From positions 25,854,001 to 25,918,000 of the forward strand of contig OX597841.1 in NCBI GenBank assembly GCA_951406725.2: 64,000 nucleotides of DNA. Direction: 5' to 3'. Within the stretch, counting starts at the first letter, position 1; every line of letters starts with the position of its first letter. The notes beneath the pieces are model-generated. The model was not told the origin of the DNA, did no database searches, and saw only the letters and a program-made list of their open reading frames with translations. This DNA is from Octopus vulgaris. Taxonomy: Eukaryota. The translations under genes were made by a program, and so were the position numbers. Below, in pieces: positions 51,574-64,000 of this stretch.

Positions 51574-51606
<33 letters not shown>

Positions 51607-51607
<1 letters not shown>

Positions 51608-51815
51608 CTTTATATATAAAAGTAAGTTGTGTGGTGTCTGTCCCCTTCGATTTAGATTCCTAACTACTCCCACATTTTGCGGTGCAGTTTAACCAAAACC
51701 GGGTATCTTATAGTCGTGATTCATATCGAGCCCTTCTGGGTATTAGCGCGCGTCTACGATGAGTCTACGATTTAAAAAAAAATTTACCATCAATTTTTCA
51801 CATTTTTAATGCATT
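51607..51815 (+). mobile_element. 5' half of a family H1 Helitron
   Basis: a|tctttatatataaaag start; reverse complement of ~44610-44815. Confidence 0.75.
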
Positions 51816-52087
51816 TATATATATATATATATATATATACTTTGGGTATGGTAGATGAGTTCAGCAAAAATTTAGATTCAGATGAATATGGTACCTAAGT
51901 TGAGGCAGCAGAATTTAGTACGCTGTTATCCATACAATTTCAAAGTAAGGTGATTAAAATCAAAATAAGCAACAAGGATATCCAGAGGTAATGCAGTACG
52001 ATTGTTTCATGCAACTTCTTGGAGATTTTAAGTATAATTATACTAATGTGTCCATCTGTTCTAATTTTATTTAATTCTATGTATTTG

Positions 52088-52174
52088 TGCAGCTGAAGAT
52101 TGCTCTGCATTTTAAATTGATGTAATGATTGCATTCTTCAATTAAATGGAGTTGCATGAAACGATTGTGCTGCA
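52088..52174 (+). ncRNA. Type I hammerhead motif with long stem II, inside a 57-bp inverted repeat (51960-52016 / 52150-52206)
   Basis: TGCAG-CTGAAGA-[58-nt hairpin-like segment]-GAAAC-GATT-GT-G-CTGCA. Confidence 0.65.
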
Positions 52175-52204
52175 TTACATCAGGATATCCTTGTTGCTTA
52201 TTTT

Positions 52205-52295
<91 letters not shown>

Positions 52296-52691
52296 AAAAG
52301 CTAGAACCTCCATAAAGTAATTCAATTAATACTGAAAAATATTATATAAATTTAAATATATTGTTATTAATGTTGTACTAAAAAATTCCTATACATTAAA
52401 CCGACTTTATTATTAATATCGTGCTAAAAATTTTTATGCTAAATAATAATCATTAAGAATACACATTAAAAATGACGATGCGCATTTCATGACTATGTAT
52501 ACAAATCTACAATATCAAAATTGATTATCAAAAATTAATATTTCTTTGATCCAACGATACATAGCCACTCTTCAGGTCTCAAAATCATAAAATAAATTTG
52601 CATCATAGGTGAAGCCGTTATAATTACACTATACTTTATAAATAATTGATAAGATTTAACAATATTAAAGAAAAGTATGAGCATCACTTAT

Positions 52692-52725
<34 letters not shown>

Positions 52726-52746
52726 TAGATAGATAGATAGATAGAT

Positions 52747-52813
<67 letters not shown>

Positions 52814-53077
52814 GCTTCTTTCATTTTCTGTCTATGAATTCCACTACCTGGGGTTGTTATACAAGGTACTTCCTATAGGTTCCACGCAGGTGGATTGAAC
52901 CTGAAACCATGAGTTTTGGGAGCATACTTTTTACCACACAGCCAAGCCTATATTAACATACTTATTTATATATATATATATTTATATATTTATATATATG
53001 TGCACATGTCCATATCTACATATGTATATGTATATACTCATACACACATTCACTCGTATATGTATGCATCTGTTTAA

Positions 53078-53134
<57 letters not shown>

Positions 53135-53351
53135 TACACATACACAAAGCTATTTCGTGTTTGTTTTGTCTAAGATATTTATCTCACACAAACATAATTA
53201 TGTCCAGGGTAACAAAAAAAAAATGTATATATTGTGTGTATTTTATTTCAATATGTATTCTGCGATTTATTTTCGGCTCATACATGATCATAGAAAAAAT
53301 ATATACTTAATAGATTTTATATATAAGTATGTGTATATATGTATATATATG

Positions 53352-53388
<37 letters not shown>

Positions 53389-53542
53389 ATATATATATAT
53401 GTATATGTGTATATATATATATATATAACACACACATATATATATACACATATATATATATACACACACATGCACATATATATTTACACATATTCATATA
53501 CATACACATGTATATACACATCTCTCTCTCTCTCTCTGTATG

Positions 53543-53574
<32 letters not shown>

Positions 53575-53924
53575 TGTATATATATATGCACACATATGTG
53601 CAAACATATACATATTTATTGCATACATTGACATACACATATATGTATGTGTGTGTATATATATACATGTATGTATGTGTGTATATAAATATATATATAT
53701 ATACACACGCACATGCACACACACATAAGTAACCACATACATGTATTTACACATCTATACATATATATGTACACACACACATATATATACATACATACAT
53801 ACATACATATATATGTATGTATATAAATGTATATATATATATATATAAATATATGTATGCATACAAGACTTATATGAACATGTACGTTTTCTTACATAAG
53901 CACACACACACACACACTCACACA

Positions 53925-53961
<37 letters not shown>

Positions 53962-54272
53962 ACACACATACACGCACACACACCTATGTATCCCTTTATA
54001 TTTGTACAGTGATGCTCTATCTCAATTTGAAGTTATATATTTCAACTCCGCAGTCGTTGCAGGGCCAAAAGGTCTCGGCTGATGAGAAGATGATTTCTTC
54101 TTGTGTTTTGTTGCTTCTCTTCTTCTTGTTATTGTTGTTGTTGCTCTTTTTTGTTGTTGTTGTTGTTGTTATGTGTCTTGTTTGCTTGTTTGTTGACGAA
54201 TTCTTTGCTTTGAGAGCGGATGTGAAAGGTGTGTGTGTGTGTGCATATGTGTACTGGAGCATGGCTGTGTTA

Positions 54273-54331
<59 letters not shown>

Positions 54332-54629
54332 TAATATATATGTGTATGTCTAGATCTGCTTAATGATAAGTGATTTTTCAAAAAACATATATGCTTTGTT
54401 TCTTTTTTTCTTTCTCTTTATGCATGTATGTGTGTGTATATGAGTGTATATATAGTCCTACCCTCCATATATATACATATATGTATGCATATATATATAT
54501 ATATATATATATGCATATCTATCTCTTTCTGTCTGTCTGTCTTTCTCTTTCTATCTGTCTGTCTGTCTATCTATCTATCTATCCATCTATCTATCTATCT
54601 ATCCATCTATCTTTCTATCTGCCTGTCTG

Positions 54630-54697
<68 letters not shown>

Positions 54698-54721
54698 CTA
54701 TCTCTCTATCATTCTATCTGC

Positions 54722-54793
<72 letters not shown>

Positions 54794-54899
54794 TTTGTAA
54801 GCATTAAACTTGTTTCTAAAACAACATTTTGTATATACATAGATAATATACATAAATACATATGTATATAAATTCATCTGTACATACATGCACACATAC

Positions 54900-56170
<1,271 letters not shown>

Positions 56171-56482
56171 ACCCAACAGACTAGACAAGACTAATGAGTT
56201 CTCTCCGTAATATAATTGAAAGGAATACAAAAAAAAAAAAAATTGGACCTTCCCTCTGGTTTTTTTAATCTTTTTCAGTTTTTATTTCAGCCCCTTCTTT
56301 CGCTCCCCATCTTTCTAGTTTTTTTTACTCCCTTATCTTATTCCTTCCTTTGTTTCCTTCTTTCTTTCTCTCCGTTTTCATTGTTCCTTTACCCCTTCAT
56401 CAATTCAAATATTTTTTTCATGTTTCCACTTTGCAATATATTTGACACACCTATTATATATATATATGGCTGTGTGTAATAC

Positions 56483-56529
<47 letters not shown>

Positions 56530-56534
56530 CACAG

Positions 56535-56696
56535 ACGCAGGAGTGGCTGTGTGGTAAGTAGCTTGTCTACCAACCACATGGTTCCGGGTTCAGTCCTACT
56601 GCGTGGCACCTTGGACAAGTGTGTACTACTATAGCCTCGGGCCGACCAAAGCCTTGTGAGTGAGATTTGGTAGACGGAAACTGAAAGAAGTCTGTC

Positions 56697-56739
<43 letters not shown>

Positions 56740-57195
56740 TGTGTGTGTTTGTGTGTCTTTTGTTTGTCCCCTAGCATTGCTTGACAACCGATGCTGGTGT
56801 GTTTACATCCCCGTCACTTAGCGGTTCAGCAAAAGAAGCCTGTCGTATATATGTATATATATATAAGTGTTTGTGTGTTTGTCCCCTAGCATTGCTTGAC
56901 AACCGATGCTGGTGTGTTTACATCCCCCGTCACTTAGCGGTTCAGCAAAAGAAGCCTGTCGTATATATGTATATATATATAAGTGTTTGTGTGTCTGTGT
57001 TTGTCCCCTAGCATTGCTTGACAACCGATGCTGGTGTGTTTATGTCCCTGTTACTTAGCGGTTCGGCAAAAGAGACCGATAGAATAAGTACTGGGCTTAC
57101 AAAAGAATAAGTCCCGGGGTCGAGTTGCTCGATTAAAGGTGGTGCTCCAGCATGGCCGCAGTCAAATGACTGAAACGAGTTAAAGAGTAAAAGAG
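56535..57195 (+). mobile_element. Family A SINE with internal ~116-bp triplication (another head follows at ~57222-57412)
   Basis: gaagcctgtcgtata re-starts at 56835 and 56951 after cagcaaaa. Confidence 0.85.
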
Positions 57196-57410
57196 ACACA
57201 CACATATATAAATAAATACACAGGCACAGGCGTGGCTGTGTGGTAAGAAGCTTGCTTCCCCACTTCATGGTTCTGGGTTCAGTCCCACTGTGTGGCCCTT
57301 TGGGCAAGTGTTCTTCTACTTGCCCCTTGGGCAAGTGTTCTTCTACTATAGCCCCAGGCTGACCAAAGGCTTATGAATGGATTTGCTAGATGGAAACTGA
57401 AAGAAACCCG

Positions 57411-57458
<48 letters not shown>

Positions 57459-57525
57459 CCGCGTATCTAACGTTGGCGATTTTTTTCCCTCTGCCTTCCC
57501 TTCTCTGGATCTTTCCTTTTCCTAT

Positions 57526-57560
57526 GTTTCTGACGAAGAGCTCCGCTCAAAACATTAAAC
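57526..57560 (+). ncRNA. Decayed minimal hammerhead motif in a short Penelope-like element (~57457-57660) between (TA)n tracts
   Basis: GTTT-CTGACGA-A-GAGC-TCC-GCTC-AAAAC-ATT-AAAC. Confidence 0.6.
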
Positions 57561-57657
57561 CCTACTTCTTTCCTTCTTTCCTGAGCGTTCAATAATACTA
57601 TATTTGTTCCATGTCCTCGCGTTGTTGTGTTTTCTCTTTATGTTTTCATGTTTGGAT

Positions 57658-57695
<38 letters not shown>

Positions 57696-57710
57696 CTTAT
57701 AATATATATA

Positions 57711-57965
57711 TCGCCTTACTGGCGCCTGTGCTGGTGGCATGTTAAAAAGATTCGAGCGAGGTCATTGCCAGTACCACCCGACTGGCCCCCGTGCCAGTGG
57801 CACGCAAAAACACCCACTACACTCTCAGAGTGGTTGGCATCCAGCTGTAAAAACTCTGCCAGATCAAGATTGGAGCCTGGTGCAGCCAACTGGTTCGCCA
57901 GCCCTCAGTCAAATCATCCAACCCATGCTAGCATGGAAAGCGGACGTTAAACGATGGTGATGATG

Positions 57966-58041
<76 letters not shown>

Positions 58042-58978
58042 AAATAAGCACATTCACCTTCTTTCGAAGTTGTACAGATAATACCACACTAATTTTTGGT
58101 GCTTCAACTTAAGTACCTAATTCATCTGAATCTCAATTATATCATCATCATCATCATCATCGTCGTTTAACGTCCGTTCTCCATGCTAGCATGGGTTGGA
58201 CGGTTCAACCGGGGTTCTGGGAAGCCAGAAGGCTGCACCAGGCTCCAGTCTAATCTGGCAGTGTTTCTACAGCTGGATGCCCTTCCTAACGCCAACCACT
58301 CCGTGAGTGTAGTGGGTGCTTTTTACGTGCCACCTGCACAGGTGCCAGGCGGGGCTGGCAACGGCCATGGTCAGATTGGTGTATTTTATGTGCCACCGGC
58401 ACGGAAGCCAGTCGAGGCGGTGCTGGCATCGGCCACGAGTCGGATAGTGCTTTTTACGTACCACCAGACCAGGGATCCTGGCTGGTTCAATTCGATTTCG
58501 ATTTCGCTTGCCCCAACATGTCTTCACAAGCAAAGAGGGTTGGCAAGGGTGCCTGTCGTACGGTCGCATTGGAGTATTTTACGTGCCACGGCCACGAGTC
58601 GGATAGTGCTTTTTACGTACCACCAGACCAGGGATCCTGGCTGGTTCAATTCGATTTCGATTTCGCTTGCCCCAACATGTCTTCACAAGCAAAGGGGGTT
58701 GGCATGGGTGCCTGTCGTACAGTCGCATTGGAGTATTTTACGTGCCACGGCCACGAGTCGGATAGTGCTTTTTACGTACCACCAGGCCAGGGATCCTGGC
58801 TGGTTCAATTCGGTTTCGATTTCGATTTCGCTTGCCCCAACATGTCTTCGCAAGCATGGGGGTTGGCATGGGTGTCTGTCGTCGGATGAGGTTCTATATC
58901 AACTACGCTTGCCTCAACCGGTCTTTGTGTCCAAGGGAGGAAAGGCATTCATAAGTGGGCTGGGCTCACTTGTCCTGC
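57711..58978. mobile_element. Tail-to-tail family B pair (57711-57967 +; 58141-58978 -), the second with a 159-bp internal triplication
   Basis: ggccacgagtcggatag at 58431, 58590, 58749. Confidence 0.8.
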
Positions 58979-59233
58979 CTGTATATATATATGTATATGT
59001 ATATGTGTGTCTTTTTGTCTGTTTGTTACCCTCCATCACTGCTTGACAACCGGTGTTTGTTTGTTTATGTCCCTGTCAATTAACGTTTCAGCAAAAGAGA
59101 CCGATAGAATCAGTACTAGCCTTACAAAGAACTGGTGTTCCATCCATGTCTGGAACCTATACGCCAAGGAACCGTGGGAACCGACCCTATGAGCCAGGCT
59201 TAGCTCGGGAAGGAACAAACAACAATATATATG

Positions 59234-59446
59234 TTTTACTGTTTTACTGGTTTCAGTCATTTGACTGCGGCCATGCTGGAGCACCACCTTTAGTCGAGCA
59301 AATCGACCCCGGGACTTATTCTTTGTATGCCCAGTACTTATTCTATCGGTCTCTTTTGCCGAACCGCTAAGTGACGGGGACGTAAACACACCAGCATCGG
59401 TTGTCAAGCAATACTAGGGGGACAAACACAGACACACAAACACACA

Positions 59447-59510
<64 letters not shown>

Positions 59511-59669
59511 TACATATATACGACAGGCTTCTTTCAGTTTTCCGTCTACCAAATCCACTCACAAGGCATTGGTCGGCCCGGGGCTATAGCAGAAGACACT
59601 TGCCCAAGATGTCATGCAGTGGGACTGAACCCGGAACCATGTGGTTGGTTAGCAAGTTACTTACCACAC
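59234..59669 (-). mobile_element. Family A SINE (faces a partial + copy at ~59000-59130)
   Basis: Reverse complement of the consensus. Confidence 0.85.
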
Positions 59670-59804
59670 AAGTGAATTAGTTACTTAAATGGTTAAGTGT
59701 TGGGTCTTTTGACCATTACAGGTCAGGGAAGTGGCACAAACTGGTGATTTTTGGAATGTTTTTTTAAATGTGTAATTCATGTATATTCATCTGATGAAAA
59801 TATT

Positions 59805-60700
59805 GTGGCGGTCCATGTCATAATTGTTATGATACCATTGATGTGGTCCATGCCATAGTTATTATGATAGTAGTGTGGTGGTCTATGTCATCCTTGTTAC
59901 AACGGCAGTCTGGTGGTCCATGTTATAGTTTTTATGATAGTGGTGTGATGGTCCATTTCATTGTTGTTATGATAGAGGTGTGGTGGTCAATGGTGTAGTT
60001 GTTATGATAGCTGTAATGTGGTCCATATCATAGTTGTTGCGATAGCAGTGTGGTAGTCCATGTCGTAGTTTTTATTATAGCGGTAATGTAGTCCATGCCA
60101 TAATTTTTATGATAGCAGTGTAGTGTTCTATGTCATAGTTTTTTATGATATCAATGTGGTGGTCCATGTCGTAGTTGTTATGATATCGATGTGGTGGTCC
60201 ATGTTGTAGTTTTTATGATAGCAGTGTGGTGGTCCAAGTCATATTTGCTATGATAGCAGTGATGTGGTCCATGTTGTAGTTTTTATGATAGCATGATGTA
60301 GGTCATGTCATAGTTGTTATGATAGTGTGGTGGTCCAGGTCATATTTGCTATGATAACAGTATAGTGGTCCATGTTGTAGTTTTTATGATAGCAGTGTGG
60401 TGGTCCAGGTCATATTTGCTATGATAACAGTGTGGTGGTCCATGTTGTAGTTTTTATGATAGGAGTGTGGTGGTCCATGTTGTAGTTTTTATGATTGCAT
60501 GATGTAGTTCATGTCACAGCTGTTATGATAAAAGTGTTGTGGTCCATGTCATAATTGTTATGATAGCAGTGTAGTGGTCTATGTTATCGTTGTTACAACG
60601 GCAGTCTGATGGTCCATGTTATAGTTTTTATGATAGGAGTGATGTAGTCCATGTTGTAGTTGTTACGATAATGGTGAGGTAGTAGTATGTGTTATGACAG
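59805..60700. repeat. Degenerate 35-bp minisatellite, about 25 units (gtggtggtccatgttgtagtttttatgatagcagt)
   Basis: ggtcca at 60161, 60196, 60231, 60266 and onward. Confidence 0.9.
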
Positions 60701-60919
60701 TGGTGTAGTAATAGTGTTGGTGGTGGTTGTGGTGGTGGTGGCGTTGCATTTACTGTTTCCAGTGGTCATTGTGCAAAGAAACTAAAAATGGCCCAAGACA
60801 AATGCAATTAGCTCTTCGGACAGCGGTCAGCTTTATAAACAGCAGTCGGAGGCATTCACCTGCCAATCAACAAGGATGGTGGTGGCAGTGGTGGTTGAGG
60901 GACCGAGGATGTTAATGGA

Positions 60920-61286
60920 GAGTGGTCATCATAGTGGTGGTGGTGGTGGTGGTGGTAGGGATGTTTGCGATGGCAGTGGTATGGCTCTGGGGTAGTGGTC
61001 ATGGTGGGATGGTCAGGAAAATAACGGTTGTTGTTGTAATAGTAGTAGCTGTTGTTGTGGTGGTCATTGTTGTAGTAGTGGTGGTGGTGATGTTGGTGTT
61101 TGTTGTGGTGGTGGTTGTAATTGTGGTGGTGGTAGTTGTTATGGTTGTGGTGATGATGTGGTTGTTGTTGTGGTGGTAGCTGTGGTGGTGGTCGTCGTCA
61201 TTGTAATAGTAGTAATATTAGTAGCTGTTGTGTTGGTAGTAATAGTGCTGGTTGTAGTAATAGTGGTAGTAGTAGTAGTAGAGGAG

Positions 61287-61317
<31 letters not shown>

Positions 61318-62890
61318 CAGTAATTGTAGTTGCAGTGGTGGTAGTGGTGATTGTGATGGTGGTAGTAGTTGTGTTTGTAGTAGTAGCAGTAGTGATGGTG
61401 GTAGTAGTTGTGGTCCAATATGACCTTGGGGCAAACAGGAAATGTGTGGTGGTGCTATTGGTATTGTTGGTGTGGTGGTGGTAGTAGTTGTAGTAATAGT
61501 AGTGGTGGTTGTGTAGCGGTGGTGCTGGTGGTGGGGGTTGTGTGGTGGGGGGGTTGTGTGTTGGTGGTGGTAGTAGTTGTAGTAATAGTTGTGGTGGTGG
61601 TAGTAGTAATTGCAGTAATAGTGGTAAGGTGTTTAGTTTTAATAGTTTGGGCTGTAGTGCTTTGGGGTTTTAATCTATAGTGGCAGTGCTAGTGTTAGTT
61701 GTAGAAGTAGTAGTAGTTGTGGTGGTGGTGGTCAGTGTGTGAGGTGTTGTTATTGCTGGTAGTGGTGGTGGTCAGTATTTGAGGAGGTGTTGGTGGTAGT
61801 GATGGTAGTCAGTGTACACGAAAGTGTTGGTGGTAGTAGTGATAGTGGTCAGTCTGCACTGAATGGTGTTGTTGGTGTTGGAGTATGTGGTGGTGATGTC
61901 GGTGGTCAGCTAAGTAGATAAGGGTAGTGATAGGGGTGTTGGTGTTGCTGGTATATATATATATATATATGGTCAGTGTAGGTAGCGGTGGTAGTGGAGT
62001 ATAAGCTTGTAGGTATGGTGGAGATGGTGGTGTTGGTCGGTCCACAAGGTGGGGGTGTTGGTGGTCAGTTAAATAGCCTTGTAGCTTGTGGTGTTGATGT
62101 TGCTGGTGATGGTACGTGATGGTCAGCTATGGTGGCAGCGGGGGTGATAGTGGGGTATACGTTGGTGGTGGTGGTGGTGGTGGTGGTGCCTGTGGCCACT
62201 TCAACAGATAAGAGTGGTGATGGTCAATGTAGGTGGTAGTGGTAGTGGTCAGTCTACAAGGTGGGGGTGTTAGTGGTCAGTTAAATAGCCTTATGGCTAC
62301 TGGTATTGGTCTTACTGATGATGGTCAGCTATGGTGGTAGTTGTGGTGGTAGCGGTGACAGTGGGATATACGATGGTAGTGGTGGTGATGTTGGTGGTCA
62401 GTTCAACGTGGTGGTCAGCATTCAAGAAGGTGTTGGTGGTAACAGAGGTGGTGGTCGGTGTACAAGAAGGCGTTGGCTTTAGTGGTGGTGCTGGTGATGG
62501 CGGTCAACACACAAGGTGTTGGTGTTGGTGTTGGTGGTGGTCAGTCTACAAGGGGGTGGTGGTGTTGAAATATGTCATGGTTGTGGTGGTGGTAGGGATG
62601 GCAGTCAGGTATATGATGGTGGTGGTAGTTCAGTTCAATGGGTAGTGGTGGAGTGGTGATGGTGGTCAGCATGCTAGATGTTGGTTGCAGTGGTGGTGGT
62701 GATGGTCAGCATGCAAGAAGGTGTTGGTAGTAGTTGTGGTCAATGTACAAGGTGTTGGTTTAAGTGGCAGTGTTGGTGATGATGGTGGTGGTGGTAGTGG
62801 TATGGTGGTGGTGGTGGTGATTGTCAGTCTACGAAGTGGGGGTTGTTGTTGGTGGGGGTGATGTCCTGCAGAAGGTGTTGGTGGTCAGTT
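60920..62890. repeat. G/T-rich low-complexity tract ((GGT)/(GTA)) with recurrent ggtggtcag and an internal ~0.2-kb duplication
   Basis: acaaggtgggggtgtt.gtggtcagttaaatagcctt occurs at ~62044 and ~62255. Confidence 0.85.
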
Positions 62891-63279
62891 TGGTTAAATA
62901 GATATGGGTGGAAGTGGTTTATTAGTGGTTGCCTGGGGGTGGGGGAGACGTAATGACGGCAGGCAGCGACGTGGAGGGGGTAGTATTAGAAGTAATGGTC
63001 AGCGCCAGCCATAGTCGGTGTGGGGGGGGGGAGACGATAGAAATGCTAACGGGGGGGAGGGCGTTGGGGTGTGAGAGTGGACAAGGGCAGGGAAGAAGGT
63101 ATTGACCACATTAAGAGCAAAGCTGTGAGGAACAGAATGCTGAGCATGCTCCCAGTCTGTGTGTGTGTCAGTGTGTCCTGTTGACCTGTCCACCTTCAAT
63201 AATCTCATTGTGGCTGCCTCCAGTGGTTTTGACCATTGTTCCTCTTGTTGTTGCTGCTGCTGCTGCTACTGTTGCTGGA

Positions 63280-63830
63280 CTTTCTCTTCTCTTCTACAAC
63301 TGTTTCCTTCTACATCATCTTCTTCTACCTCCTCCTCCTCCTCCTCCACCACTTCTTTTCTTCTTCTTCTCCTCCACTTCTCCCCCCTCCTCCTCCTCCT
63401 CCGCTTCTTCTCCACTTCTCCTTCTCTTCCTCCACTTCTCCTTCTCTTCCTCCACTTCTTCTCTTCCTCCACTTCTCCTTCTCCTCTACTTCTTCTTCTT
63501 TTCCTTCTCCTCCCCCGCTTCTTCTTCTCCATTTCTCTTTCTCTTTCTCTACTTCTTCTTCTTTTCCTTCTCCTCCCCTCTGCCTCCTCCCCGCTTCTTC
63601 TCCATTTCTCTTTCTCTTCCTCCTCTCACTTCTTCTTCTTCTTCCACTTCTTCTTCTTCTTCCTTCTTCTTCCACTTCTTCTTTCACTTCTTCTTCTTCT
63701 TCTTTTCCTTCTCCCCCCTTCGCTTCCTCTCCCCGCTTCTTCTCCATTTCTCTTTCTCTTCCTCCTCTCACTTCTTCTTCACTTTTTCTTCTTCTTCTTC
63801 TTCTTCTTCTTCCACTTCTTCTTCTTCTTC
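63280..63830. repeat. Polypyrimidine (TTC)/(TCC) tract
   Basis: Direct inspection. Confidence 0.9.
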
Positions 63831-64000
63831 CATGCTATCAACAACTCAGTTTTGGTCATCATCATAATCACCATCATAATCATCATTGTCACCACCACCA
63901 CCACCACCACCACCACCACCACCTTCGCCATCACCACCAGTTTTCTTCTGGACTCCCCGCTGCTTGCCATCCTCCTCTTTCTCCTCCTCCTCCTCCTCCT

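Noticed and set aside
58183-59046. 287-aa ORF with three 53-aa repeats
   Set aside because: Antisense read-through of a family B element with a 159-bp triplication.

Overview
Eukaryotic, repeat-saturated, apparently non-coding (intronic or intergenic) DNA. The repeat families look like those of octopod cephalopods (Octopus); this is from recognition, not a search. I found no host protein-coding exon. Nearly all listed ORFs are read-throughs of microsatellites, or of tandem units whose length is a multiple of 3 (66, 117, 159 bp). Content: about 18 near-complete copies of a tRNA-headed SINE (family A); a second retroposon with a (GAT)n tail whose internal 66-67 bp module is expanded into locus-specific minisatellites (family B); three further SINE families; two RTE-clade LINE 3' fragments (one BovB-like); mariner remnants; four Helitron-type elements; several satellites/VNTRs; and very extensive (TA)/(CA)/(ACC)/(TTC) microsatellites. 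The least obvious signal is a set of eight type I hammerhead-ribozyme motifs at five loci (7.5, 24.8-25.1 x4, 33.4, 52.1, 57.5 kb). They sit in short non-coding elements resembling Penelope pseudo-LTRs and show stem covariation between families. They include a 4-copy tandem array suited to dimeric folding and one motif with a long stem II inside an inverted repeat. No copy has a fully canonical core, so activity is unproven.
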